This document shows positions 55,546-64,000 of a stretch of DNA of 64,000 nucleotides, one piece after another. The stretch is taken from IMG/VR virus record IMGVR_UViG_3300025018_002598, positions 1 to 64,000 of that record; one strand, written 5' to 3'. Source of the stretch: a virus (taxonomy: Duplodnaviria; Caudoviricetes). Under the pieces are notes generated by a model that ran no database searches, had not been told where the DNA came from, and saw only the letters and a list, made by a program, of their open reading frames with translations. Position numbers and translations under genes: made by a program. Within the stretch, counting starts at the first letter, position 1; every line of letters starts with the position of its first letter.

Positions 55546-57684
55546 TTAAGAGAGTATCATTTTATCATAGCGTTTTTGACCCAGAATACCCAATACTTCT
55601 TTTTTGTTTGTTGGATTTTTTAGATCTGAAATGTCTTTTATTCCAGCTCCGTATAGTTTTTGGGCAAATTTCTTACCAATCCCATCAACTTTTACTAAAT
55701 CGAGCATTTCATGACTAACGCCATATTTGATTCGTGACAACAGAAGATCCCACTCTTCTCCCCATCCAAACCCGTTGCATTTTTGTTGTGCATTGGCAAA
55801 TTTACCTAAATTATCATCAGCCAATCTCATTGTTTGGATTATTCTTTCAATATCTTTAGTTATTCCAAAAGAATAAGAATTTAATGCAGGATCTACATCT
55901 TCGCCATTAAGAAGTCGATTGAAAACTGCTGCGTATTTTATGTGAGGTTGCGTGGTTATGTCATTCACGCCTAAAAGTCTTGCTATTTCTTGAACAGCAG
56001 AACATTCTTGTTCTCTTTTGCTAATATAAACCTTTTTGTTTATAATTTTTATATCTTTACCGTCAAAAGTTTTGGCCCAAGTTCTTCCAAATTGGAAACA
56101 CTCAGCAAAAGCCAAGGAGACCAGTAGATTTATTCTTCTAGATTTTGCAGTTTCAGACTCTCCTTTAGGAGGATTTAGAAATTTTATTTTAGCAAAGTTT
56201 CTAAACCAGTCAGAAACGTCTAATGGTGACATATACATTTTGGCAGTAATTAAGCCCAGTTTAGTCGCTTCGTATTCGTCGTTTTCATTTTTCTTTATCA
56301 TAGATCGACCAGCTAAGTTATCCAAAACTTTCTTAGCGTTAGTTTCATCTATTTGATCCTTTTGGACACTAGATAACGTCAAATGATACCACTCTAAAAG
56401 ATCTTCTTTTGTTTTAATTTCACCAGTAACAATGTAAGACAAGATATGAAAACAGAGAATATTAATATCATTAAGAGTAGAACGTACTTTGTAGTTGCTA
56501 TTTATTCTAGTCATTTCCTCTCTTTTCTTTTTTCGAGGAACTAGAATCAAAGCATCGCCTTCAGGGTGATATCCGGCACGACCTGCTCTACCCATTGACT
56601 GGATTATATTGGCAGGGTCCATTGGAGTAATTCCAAAGGCAGTATGAGAAATAATTACATATCTAGCAGGTAAGTTTACACCCCAAGCGTTTGTTGTTGT
56701 TGAAATCAATACATTGTAGTCTAAATCTCTGAAGCCCTTTTCTACTTTTTTTCTTTTTTCTCTATCTAGATCGGCATTGTGAAAGTGAGCTTCGATTCCA
56801 ATTGATTTTAAAGATCTTACTATTTTATTTCCAAAATCTTTATTTCCAACAAACACTAGAATTGGATCTTTTTTGTACTTGGTAATCAATTTAATGGTGG
56901 TTTCCATTCGATTACCTTCAATGTCATAGTAACTAGCCGCTCTACCGTAAGCGCCTCTATCTTCCACTTCGACAAATGATTGATTTAATTTACATGGACG
57001 ATAATTAGACTTAATAACAACAGTTGAACGACCTGTCATATGTTCCAGCCATAATTTGAAATCATCAACATTTGGGATCGTGGCACTAATGAACAACGCT
57101 CTTGCCTTTGAGTCATGTTCGAAATATCTAATCAAACCTGCTTCTAGGGCATCTCCACGGTCCTTCATTCCTATCAAATGTATTTCATCGCCAATGAAAC
57201 AGGAATTATGAAGCCAAGTGTGATTTTCATAGAATCTACACTTAGAATTAAACATTTCTGGAGTCAAAACAATAATGTTTGCTTCTTCTAGAAGTTTCTT
57301 TCTAGACTCTGTTATTTCAAAATCGCCCGTAAGGATCGCAGTTTTGTATTTAGAAAATGTATGATTTGGACTTGTCCACTCTTCGTACTTTTCGTCAGCC
57401 AAAGCCTTCATTGGCGCAATGTAGAGGACTTTCTCGTTGCGTTCCTCTATTGCTTCTGCCGCAAATAATTCGGCACATAAAGTTTTACCACTTGAAGTAG
57501 GAGCTGCTAAAACGATATTGGTTTCATAGTCTTTAAGATAAGGAACAAAAATAGACTGACACGGATTTAAATGGTCATATTTTATATCCAAATAGTCTTT
57601 GAAATGTTCTGATCTTACACAAGGGAACTCAGGATTGTGTTCCCCCATTGGTTGAATTAAATCTGTAGGATATTCTGTAGGCAT
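55546..57684 (-). CDS. Ski2/Hel308-like SF2 DExH helicase with C-terminal HhH
   Basis: Q motif LNPCQ, APTSSGKT, APMKALADEK, DEIH, SAT, FHNADL, GVNLPA, QSMGRAGR; HhH VDGIGKKFAQKL. Confidence 0.92.
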   Translation of the reverse strand: MPTEYPTDLIQPMGEHNPEFPCVRSEHFKDYLDIKYDHLNPCQSIFVPYLKDYETNIVLAAPTSSGKTLCAELFAAEAIEERNEKVLYIAPMKALADEKYEEWTSPNHTFSKYKTAILTGDFEITESRKKLLEEANIIVLTPEMFNSKCRFYENHTWLHNSCFIGDEIHLIGMKDRGDALEAGLIRYFEHDSKARALFISATIPNVDDFKLWLEHMTGRSTVVIKSNYRPCKLNQSFVEVEDRGAYGRAASYYDIEGNRMETTIKLITKYKKDPILVFVGNKDFGNKIVRSLKSIGIEAHFHNADLDREKRKKVEKGFRDLDYNVLISTTTNAWGVNLPARYVIISHTAFGITPMDPANIIQSMGRAGRAGYHPEGDALILVPRKKKREEMTRINSNYKVRSTLNDINILCFHILSYIVTGEIKTKEDLLEWYHLTLSSVQKDQIDETNAKKVLDNLAGRSMIKKNENDEYEATKLGLITAKMYMSPLDVSDWFRNFAKIKFLNPPKGESETAKSRRINLLVSLAFAECFQFGRTWAKTFDGKDIKIINKKVYISKREQECSAVQEIARLLGVNDITTQPHIKYAAVFNRLLNGEDVDPALNSYSFGITKDIERIIQTMRLADDNLGKFANAQQKCNGFGWGEEWDLLLSRIKYGVSHEMLDLVKVDGIGKKFAQKLYGAGIKDISDLKNPTNKKEVLGILGQKRYDKMILS

Positions 57685-57716
57685 ATATTTTCCAAATCAT
57701 TTTGAGTGTAAATAAA

Positions 57717-58004
57717 TTAACCACAAAAAGATGTATAATCTTTATTGCCGTCAATATCTTCGGGCTTAGAATCGAAGAACTCTTCAAAAGAAGAGTCCTC
57801 CAATCCTATTTCTTTTGAAAGCTTGACTAGATCTTGATGATCTCTTGTCAAGTTCATTTCGCCAGTTTTTTTGTTTATTCGGATAACCGTGGTTATTACA
57901 CGTTTATCTTTATCCGTTGATGAGTTTTTGCTGTTCTGCTTCAAGTTCGGTCTCCGTGACTTCCTGAAGTCTTTCAGGTTTGTCTTCAATAGAACCTTTT
58001 TCAA
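57717..58004 (-). CDS. DUF2997-like paralog (start uncertain)
   Basis: IRINKKTGE/SKEIGLE/SKPE parallels IRFNKKTGN/CEELGLE/DKPE in the upstream gene. The ATG at 58004 implies a 95-nt overlap. Confidence 0.5.
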   Translation of the reverse strand: MKKVLLKTNLKDFRKSRRPNLKQNSKNSSTDKDKRVITTVIRINKKTGEMNLTRDHQDLVKLSKEIGLEDSSFEEFFDSKPEDIDGNKDYTSFCG

Positions 58005-58128
58005 GTCCTAGTTCTTCACAGATTTGATCGAGAAACTTGTCGCAAGATTCTCCGACAAAACCACTTGTTTCGAATTCAATGTTTCCGGTTTTTTTATTAA
58101 ACCGGATTTGGACTTCTTTAGCTTGCAT
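57910..58128 (-). CDS. DUF2997 family protein
   Basis: IEFETSGFVGESC...ELG...EDKPE, next to DUF1257. Confidence 0.8.
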   Translation of the reverse strand: MQAKEVQIRFNKKTGNIEFETSGFVGESCDKFLDQICEELGLEKGSIEDKPERLQEVTETELEAEQQKLING

Positions 58129-58139
58129 TTGGATTCTCC

Positions 58140-58511
58140 TTAGACATACTTTCTTAGGGTTATAAGAATTTCTTCTTCATCTTCTTCGGTATCTACGCTG
58201 GACCAGCCCCAACCTTCCATCTTATCTTCTGCTTTTATTTTGTTATACTGGCACTGGAATTCGTTTTTGAATTTATCAAATTCAGGTCCGTCGTTACCAG
58301 AGCGAAGATCGACCCAGAATTCAGCATTGCCGTTCTTGTCGGGTCTAAGTTCGATTGGACGATTGTTCCATACAGGAACTTTGCTGCCAGTAATTTTGAT
58401 TGAGTTCTTTGTTCCAGCAGTAACACCAAGACCCATTGCATCACAAGCTTTGCGAGCAATTTCTGTATTGATGTCTTTGATCTTAACTCTTGTTGTTCTG
58501 ATTTGAGACAT
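58140..58511 (-). CDS. DUF1257 (Ycf35-like) protein
   Basis: MSQIRTTRVKIKD...ARKACDAMG...FQCQYNKIK...GW pattern, next to DUF2997. Confidence 0.65.
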   Translation of the reverse strand: MSQIRTTRVKIKDINTEIARKACDAMGLGVTAGTKNSIKITGSKVPVWNNRPIELRPDKNGNAEFWVDLRSGNDGPEFDKFKNEFQCQYNKIKAEDKMEGWGWSSVDTEEDEEEILITLRKYV

Positions 58512-58530
58512 TTTGATTCTCCTATTTTTT

Positions 58531-59346
58531 TTAGTCTATTTCAATGTCATCCCATATTGTCTTTGTCTGTTCAATACGGGTTTCTTCATGGGCCTGAACA
58601 CTTTCTCCACGTTCTATATCGAATGATTTGATAATGTCCCAACAGATTTCTCTTCCACGCTTCTCTAACTCTTCGTCTAAGATTTCAGGATCTTGTTCGT
58701 TCGCTACCATCATACCGTAAGGAAGGATTACAAAATCTATAATTTCATGATCTTCCATTCCTTCTTTTCTACAGTATGAAATCATACTCCTATATGCGTA
58801 TTGCTCTTGAAGCATAACGTCACGAGTCATTGTATCTAGGTCAAAAGTGTAATGATACAATTCGTGAGCAACTGCTGAACGAATTAGTTTTTTTCTCCAC
58901 GTCTCTTTGTCGAATCGAGAAGGTAAGGGCTTCTTTTTTCGTTGTTCTTTGATTTCCTTTCTATCTTCGATGTCTGTGATGTAAAATATCTCACGAGTAT
59001 CAAGTGTATAGAAAGCCCTAGCGGCTCGCAACCCTTTGGCCATACTGACATAAAGGTTACGTTCTGTGTTTGTTTTTTTTGTAAGTGCGATTTTTTTAGC
59101 CTCTTCTTCCAAGGCATCTAAACCAGAGTTAGTTATCGAATAAATCTTACAGTTTCTAATTCTCTCATCACCAACATCTTCGACAACAAAATCAATCACG
59201 TCTCTAAATTTGTCTGTCATCAATCTTGTTTTCATGTGATTTTTTAAGATCAGATACAACTCTTTATTGATTGATAGAGATAACTCTTCATGCTCACGCA
59301 ACATTTCAATGTGCGCCGCAAATTCACTATATTCTGAGAAAGACAT
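58531..59346 (-). CDS. HExxH (zincin-like) protein
   Basis: AVAHELYH plus downstream EQYAY. Confidence 0.55.
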   Translation of the reverse strand: MSFSEYSEFAAHIEMLREHEELSLSINKELYLILKNHMKTRLMTDKFRDVIDFVVEDVGDERIRNCKIYSITNSGLDALEEEAKKIALTKKTNTERNLYVSMAKGLRAARAFYTLDTREIFYITDIEDRKEIKEQRKKKPLPSRFDKETWRKKLIRSAVAHELYHYTFDLDTMTRDVMLQEQYAYRSMISYCRKEGMEDHEIIDFVILPYGMMVANEQDPEILDEELEKRGREICWDIIKSFDIERGESVQAHEETRIEQTKTIWDDIEID

Positions 59347-60087
59347 TTAGAAAGTCCGTTCTATAATTTCTCTTTTGATCTCTGAGTCAAAATCTGGATC
59401 AGAATCAAATTGTATATTTTCCAAGAAATTCTCAGCAGTTCTAACATCAGAGAACTCTGATAAGATCTTAGTATATTCAATCATAATTTCTTCCAAGGTT
59501 TTGTCAATGATTTGGCCACCACTACTGGCTATTTTAGGTCTTTTTATTTTTATCTTTATACTATTTTCAAGATCTTCATTTTCAGAAAAATCAGCAGGAC
59601 TCGAAGCGGGCTTCTTTTTGACGGAGAATTCACTGTCAAGACTTCGTAACCTTTTTTTTACTTCTTTTATGTTACTTCCGAACTCTTTTCTCTTTAGTCT
59701 CAATTCGGGAGTCATACTCTTACTCTTTTGATATCCAGATTCAAACTCTTTGGCCAACCTTTGAATTTGCTCGATTATGCTCACGACTCTATATGGTCTG
59801 ATATGATATTTTCTACTAGCCCTTAATAGAGTCTGAATGAATATGGAAATATTACAATAACAAATATCATCGTCAATATTTGTTAACTTTTCTAAGACTT
59901 CGATTAATTTAATTATATCTTCAGGAGTTTCTGGATCGTGAGTACTCGCACTTTTCCTCAAACTATCCTTTGTCTCCAAACTAGACATTGTATTGATAAT
60001 ATCTTCCCAATTGTCAAAAAGATTTTCTTTATATTTACGAGGAAGGGTATAGATGTTTTTCATCACTTCATAAGTGTTATTGTCCAT
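59347..60087 (-). CDS. Hypothetical helical protein
   Basis: GGAGGG SD; KSAS and KIASS motifs. Confidence 0.7.
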   Translation of the reverse strand: MDNNTYEVMKNIYTLPRKYKENLFDNWEDIINTMSSLETKDSLRKSASTHDPETPEDIIKLIEVLEKLTNIDDDICYCNISIFIQTLLRASRKYHIRPYRVVSIIEQIQRLAKEFESGYQKSKSMTPELRLKRKEFGSNIKEVKKRLRSLDSEFSVKKKPASSPADFSENEDLENSIKIKIKRPKIASSGGQIIDKTLEEIMIEYTKILSEFSDVRTAENFLENIQFDSDPDFDSEIKREIIERTF

Positions 60088-61117
60088 TTTTTCCCTCCGT
60101 AAATTTTATACTATTTGCATTTAGGAAATCTTTAACTCTATCTATTGGAATGGCGGCATTCAATCCAGAAGATGACGATTGATCTGTTACGATGGCAGCA
60201 GCAACTCCAATTGCTAAGTTGTCATTCTTACTAATTACAGGACCGCCACTATTACCTGGAGCCAAATTAGCACTAATGAACATATACGTTGAACTTTGAC
60301 CCTCTTCTTGGTATTCAGTCTCTTTTGCTGAAAGAATCCCTTCTCCAACAATATTTTCAAAGCCCAAGGGTGTTCCCACTAATATAATTGGATCTCCTTG
60401 ATTTATATTCTCTGAAGATCCTAATTCAAAAAATTCACCTTTTACAGATGGGTCATCAAGCGATATTATAGCTATATCTAAAACAGAATCATAAACCATC
60501 AATCTTGCATTATATTGTTTCTCTTGATACTTTACTGATATTTTCAAACTATCAGTTTTTCCACTAGGAGAAATAACATGAAAACAAGTAAGTATCATGT
60601 TTGAATTGATAAAAAATCCACTACCGATTTCTGTTTCGTTTCCGTCTGATGAACGAATACTTACACTTTTGCTTAAGGCGTTTTGATACTGATTGTTTTC
60701 CGATTGTTTCTTACTAGGTTCTTCTTGTTGATCTGGAATCTCTAAGTTCTTTATTTCCCTATATGTATCAAGAACCCAATTCTCGTTTTCCCAAACAGGA
60801 AGTTTAGGTCCGCCAGAACCCCATTGTGCTTTTTTGTTTAATTCTTTATTTTCTAAATTTTTCTTCTTTTCTATTTTTTTTAACTTTTCAATTCTTTGTT
60901 TTTTTCGTATTTCTTCCATTCTTTTTTCAGCAGAATCGCCCTTATTTGATTCACTGAAATAATCATTAGGATGGCCTGCGCTACCGTCACTCCCTTCGAA
61001 GAGACCGTAACGGGAATCCCCTCCGAGATTCCCATAAGGCTGTGTCTGTGTTTTGTCGGAAAGTCCATTAGAAAATGGATCTCTACCAACAACTGCTATT
61101 TTATACCAGGTTTTCAT
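60077..61117 (-). CDS. Trypsin-like (S1/DegP-type, no PDZ) serine protease with N-terminal tagged leader
   Basis: GSGFFI, TCFHV (His), LDIAII (Asp), PGNSGGP (Ser); leader MKTWYKIA...KKAQ. Confidence 0.9.
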   Translation of the reverse strand: MKTWYKIAVVGRDPFSNGLSDKTQTQPYGNLGGDSRYGLFEGSDGSAGHPNDYFSESNKGDSAEKRMEEIRKKQRIEKLKKIEKKKNLENKELNKKAQWGSGGPKLPVWENENWVLDTYREIKNLEIPDQQEEPSKKQSENNQYQNALSKSVSIRSSDGNETEIGSGFFINSNMILTCFHVISPSGKTDSLKISVKYQEKQYNARLMVYDSVLDIAIISLDDPSVKGEFFELGSSENINQGDPIILVGTPLGFENIVGEGILSAKETEYQEEGQSSTYMFISANLAPGNSGGPVISKNDNLAIGVAAAIVTDQSSSSGLNAAIPIDRVKDFLNANSIKFTEGKNGQ

Positions 61118-61823
61118 TTTCCATGTCTTCTAGTTTATCTAGCATTTCTCCAATGATTTTATCTCTTACTATATGTTCTTTTCCAAACTTATAATATCCA
61201 ATAAAGCTTAATGGGGAGAGACCTTTAGCTACTCTGTCAAAGCAACAACTTGAACGAAGGTCACTTTGTTTGGAGTCTCCAGTTAATACGATTTTACTTC
61301 CCTCTCCAATTCTTGATAAAAGCATTTTTATCTGATCAAAGTTTGCGTTCTGCATTTCATCGGCAATAACAAAACTATCAATCAATGTTCTACCTCTCAT
61401 GAAAGCAAGAGGGCATATTTCAATAGTTTTTTGTGCTAAATGTGCTTGAATTTCTCTTTCACTTAGAGCATTTCCAATGAAATCGAAAAGAGGGGTCATG
61501 TAGGGACTTATTTTTTCTTCTAAAGTTCCTGGCAAGAATCCCATCTTTTCACCAGCGGCTTCGACCATTGGGCGTGTCAGGATTATTTTACCAACATTCC
61601 CTTTGTAAAGTTCATCTAGTCCTTGATTTACAGCCAAAAATGATTTTGCTGTTCCTGCTGGACCACACATGAAAGAAATTCTGTGATCTCTTATGATATC
61701 ATAGGCTTCTTTTTGTGCTTCGTTTTTAAACTTTAATTGTTTTCTTATATTGTAATGTCCCGTTTTGCTATCAGGCTCTTCGTTTCTTTTAGTTCTAGTT
61801 TGTGTTTGCTTTTTACGTGTCAT
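61101..61823 (-). CDS. phoH: PhoH-like ATPase
   Basis: GPAGTAKS, IILTRP, GFLPGTLEEK, PLAFMRGRTL, DEMQN, LTGDSKQSDL. Confidence 0.93.
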   Translation of the reverse strand: MTRKKQTQTRTKRNEEPDSKTGHYNIRKQLKFKNEAQKEAYDIIRDHRISFMCGPAGTAKSFLAVNQGLDELYKGNVGKIILTRPMVEAAGEKMGFLPGTLEEKISPYMTPLFDFIGNALSEREIQAHLAQKTIEICPLAFMRGRTLIDSFVIADEMQNANFDQIKMLLSRIGEGSKIVLTGDSKQSDLRSSCCFDRVAKGLSPLSFIGYYKFGKEHIVRDKIIGEMLDKLEDMENENLV

Positions 61824-62041
61824 TAATTATCTTCAACCTCCGAAAAGTTGTAATCAAGTAGTAAATTATACGCTTTTTCCCTTAAAGACTTCATTTCTTG
61901 AGAATCAATCTTACCATCTCGAATAGCATCAATAAGTTCTTTTACCAGGTTATACAACTCCCTCTCGGTTTCAGAAGTTTCTTTTTCTTGTCCAGATATT
62001 CGGATAAGAAAATTACCTAGATTATAGAGTATTTTTTTCAT
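61823..62041 (-). CDS. Small hypothetical protein
   Basis: GGAG SD; adjacent to both neighbours. Confidence 0.65.
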   Translation of the reverse strand: MKKILYNLGNFLIRISGQEKETSETERELYNLVKELIDAIRDGKIDSQEMKSLREKAYNLLLDYNFSEVEDN

Positions 62042-62052
62042 ACTCGATACTC

Positions 62053-62769
62053 CTATTTGGTTAATTTTTTAGACAGCTTACCGTCATCCTTTCTATCGTC
62101 TTCCGCTTTATAGACTCTGTGCCAAAAAGACCATCCATCTATTTCTTTTCTATCTTTCTCTAACAATCTTTTACAAATGGTTCTTCTATTTACTTTTGTT
62201 ATCTTAGACGCTTCTAATTGATTTTGAAAGCATAAAGTAGTATTCCCATTTGATGCTAAAAATTCAGTAGGATGATTTTCATTTTTGTTATACGTAAGAA
62301 ACCAACCTTTTATAGTTTTTTTATTTTTATTTAAAATTGATGATATCACTTTTCTAGATACATTCAATGTGTTTGCTGTTTCTGATTGAGTTTCAAATTC
62401 AATTGTTTTTCCATCTTTTTTAGCATATACTTTGTTTGCTCCTTTTGATCTACTTATCTTTATTTTTGTAGAAATATTATGTTTTCCATTACTTCCACCT
62501 TCCTTTATATTATATCCCAAAGATGGATCGGTAGAATTGTACTTTTTAATAAAGTATTTTTCAAGCATATCTAGGTCTTTCTGTGTTTCTGCCTGAGACA
62601 ATACAATCCATTCGAATGAATCTTTTCCGTATTTCTGTATTGATCTACTAAAATACATACAATCCCTAGACCTATGATGATATCCTCTTCTGCTGTTTAG
62701 GGTTTTCCAAGTTTGACCTATGTAAACTTTACTGTTTATTTTATTTTTTGCCCTATAGATTATAGCCAT
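62053..62769 (-). CDS. GIY-YIG homing endonuclease with NUMOD1-like repeats
   Basis: IIYRAKNKINSKVYIGQT...R...E...GYNI; repeated FETQSETANTLNVSRKVI / FQNQLEASKITKVNRRTI HTH-like units. Confidence 0.88.
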   Translation of the reverse strand: MAIIYRAKNKINSKVYIGQTWKTLNSRRGYHHRSRDCMYFSRSIQKYGKDSFEWIVLSQAETQKDLDMLEKYFIKKYNSTDPSLGYNIKEGGSNGKHNISTKIKISRSKGANKVYAKKDGKTIEFETQSETANTLNVSRKVISSILNKNKKTIKGWFLTYNKNENHPTEFLASNGNTTLCFQNQLEASKITKVNRRTICKRLLEKDRKEIDGWSFWHRVYKAEDDRKDDGKLSKKLTK

Positions 62770-62770
62770 T

Positions 62771-63202
62771 TTATTTATTTAATTTCTTCTCCATAGGAAT
62801 GTTTTTTCTTTGGTCTTCTATTCGATAAACCTCATGCCATATGGGTTGGATGTTTTTATGTCCTCTAATCTTTTCATCGTCTAGATTCCAAGATTCTTCT
62901 CTGTGTGTATTGATGGATTCTTTAGAGTCATCGAACCTTCTTTCCAAAAGATCTTCTTCAGTATTTTTTCGGGCTTCTTCCATTTGTTTTTCATACAATT
63001 CTGTTTGTTCGCCACGATGCTCTTTGCTTTTATAGTGTTTGCTGTTATCGAACTGGTTTTCAGTAATTTCAGCAATTTCCTCATTCCAACGAGAAGGTAT
63101 CTTCTTGTTCAATTCAAGAAGCTCTTCAATGGTTTTGGAAATTTCTTCTTCACTTCCTGCAATTTTTAGTTTTGAAATGTCAACTCTAAATTCAGACATC
63201 AT
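62771..63202 (-). CDS. Hypothetical protein
   Basis: GGAGAT SD; directly downstream of terminase; KLKIAG motif. Confidence 0.7.
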   Translation of the reverse strand: MMSEFRVDISKLKIAGSEEEISKTIEELLELNKKIPSRWNEEIAEITENQFDNSKHYKSKEHRGEQTELYEKQMEEARKNTEEDLLERRFDDSKESINTHREESWNLDDEKIRGHKNIQPIWHEVYRIEDQRKNIPMEKKLNK

Positions 63203-64000
63203 TATCTCCTTCCAGTCCTTGTTATACCTATTCTTGGTAATCTGGTTTCTCCGTCAGAACCTTTATTGGCGGCATAAATTGCGCCGCATAGACAGTCTAC
63301 CAAATCATCATATGGAAATTTAGATTCAGCATCTTTGTCGATCTTGGGAGGTGTTTTTCCGTGGTCTATCTTTACACACCTTAATTCACCAGCAAGTTCA
63401 ACATCATCCATACACAATTCTATTCTTCCAGACATCATTTTATTCCTTGTATTATCATAAATATTGTTCTTCTGTCTTCCGGCGAATCGAATCTCTTTCA
63501 TAAGTGGACATTTCATAGCTATTTTCTTTCTTTGCTCTCTAGACAAGACTCCATCGAAAGAAACGCACATGATATTGAATTTCTTGAAAAGGGGAAGAAT
63601 GTAGGTATCAACAATATGGTCTGGATCTATTGCGACTCCCTTATTCTTTTTCATGCACATGAAGTAAGAATAATCTTCTACCCAATACTCTACAATCTCT
63701 CTAATTTCGGGATCATATCTTCTCTCTACGTGTATTACCATAAAAGCATATCTGTCAGAAGTATCAGCAGCATCAATATGGAGATAGTATTCATACCCAG
63801 GAGTTCCATTTTGATGCATAATCCAGTCCGGTCTTTGATACATCGCTTGCTCTATTTTATCATGAGGAAAGTAAGTTAAGCTCTTTTTCTTCTTAAATTG
63901 TGCTCCATATTCGACAGAAGCATATTCTGGGTCCATCTCAAACTCATGTTGCAATTCTGACTTAGGAACTCTAGGGTTGGCATTCCATGTTGGGATTTGA
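63202..64000 (-). CDS. terL: Terminase large subunit, C-terminal nuclease domain (5' partial, runs off window)
   Basis: The frame is open to the window edge (QIPTWNANP...DPEYASVEYGAQF); RNase H-like acidic motifs LHIDAA, SFDG, DDLVD. Confidence 0.85.
   Translation of the reverse strand, partial: QIPTWNANPRVPKSELQHEFEMDPEYASVEYGAQFKKKKSLTYFPHDKIEQAMYQRPDWIMHQNGTPGYEYYLHIDAADTSDRYAFMVIHVERRYDPEIREIVEYWVEDYSYFMCMKKNKGVAIDPDHIVDTYILPLFKKFNIMCVSFDGVLSREQRKKIAMKCPLMKEIRFAGRQKNNIYDNTRNKMMSGRIELCMDDVELAGELRCVKIDHGKTPPKIDKDAESKFPYDDLVDCLCGAIYAANKGSDGETRLPRIGITRTGRR

Noticed and set aside
778-63879. Many short antisense or alternate-frame ORFs in the track (e.g. 778-963, 7295-7576, 18246-18659, 25353-25691, 27489-27740, 33778-34209, 63532-63879)
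   Set aside because: They lie within or opposite well-supported genes, lack SD sequences and show shadow-frame composition.
1-64000. tRNA, rRNA, CRISPR array or diversity-generating retroelement
   Set aside because: No cloverleaf/T-loop signature in the short intergenic gaps, no regularly spaced repeats and no reverse transcriptase. The MCP-fragment matches are mostly protein-level, not TR/VR adenine-mutated pairs. By-eye search could miss a divergent RNA.

Overview
This 64-kb, AT-rich window comes from a large tailed bacteriophage (jumbo/huge-phage type). It uses the standard genetic code and Shine-Dalgarno starts, and encodes its own sigma factor and IF-3, so the host is probably bacterial. 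The + strand carries host-takeover genes (cytidylyltransferase, IF-3, sigma70-family factor) and very large acidic virion-type proteins. The head module follows: portal (two inteins plus a C-terminal DUF559 nuclease domain), a 2227-aa prohead protease/scaffold (one intein), scaffold, decoration protein and HK97-type major capsid protein (MCP). Directly after the MCP terminator are an HTH-fused truncated portal paralog and a cassette of small genes, several carrying in-frame, protein-level-conserved fragments of the MCP. The right half is mostly a - strand run: glycosyl/pyruvyl-transferases, HNH and HAD enzymes, a tail-fibre-like cluster, an RNase AS-like exonuclease, a class II nucleotidyltransferase, DUF192, a Hel308-like helicase, DUF1257/DUF2997, a trypsin-like protease, PhoH, GIY-YIG and the C-terminal part of the large terminase. 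Top leads: (1) the capsid/portal-fragment (possible decoy) cassette; (2) a textbook-looking -1 frameshift signal just upstream of the portal; (3) a Gln-initiated non-canonical intein; (4) a recurrent WYK/FNLK..KxA(Q/S) tag on many virion-type proteins and enzymes. All family calls come from motif recognition by eye, without database searches. I saw no tRNA, rRNA or CRISPR array.
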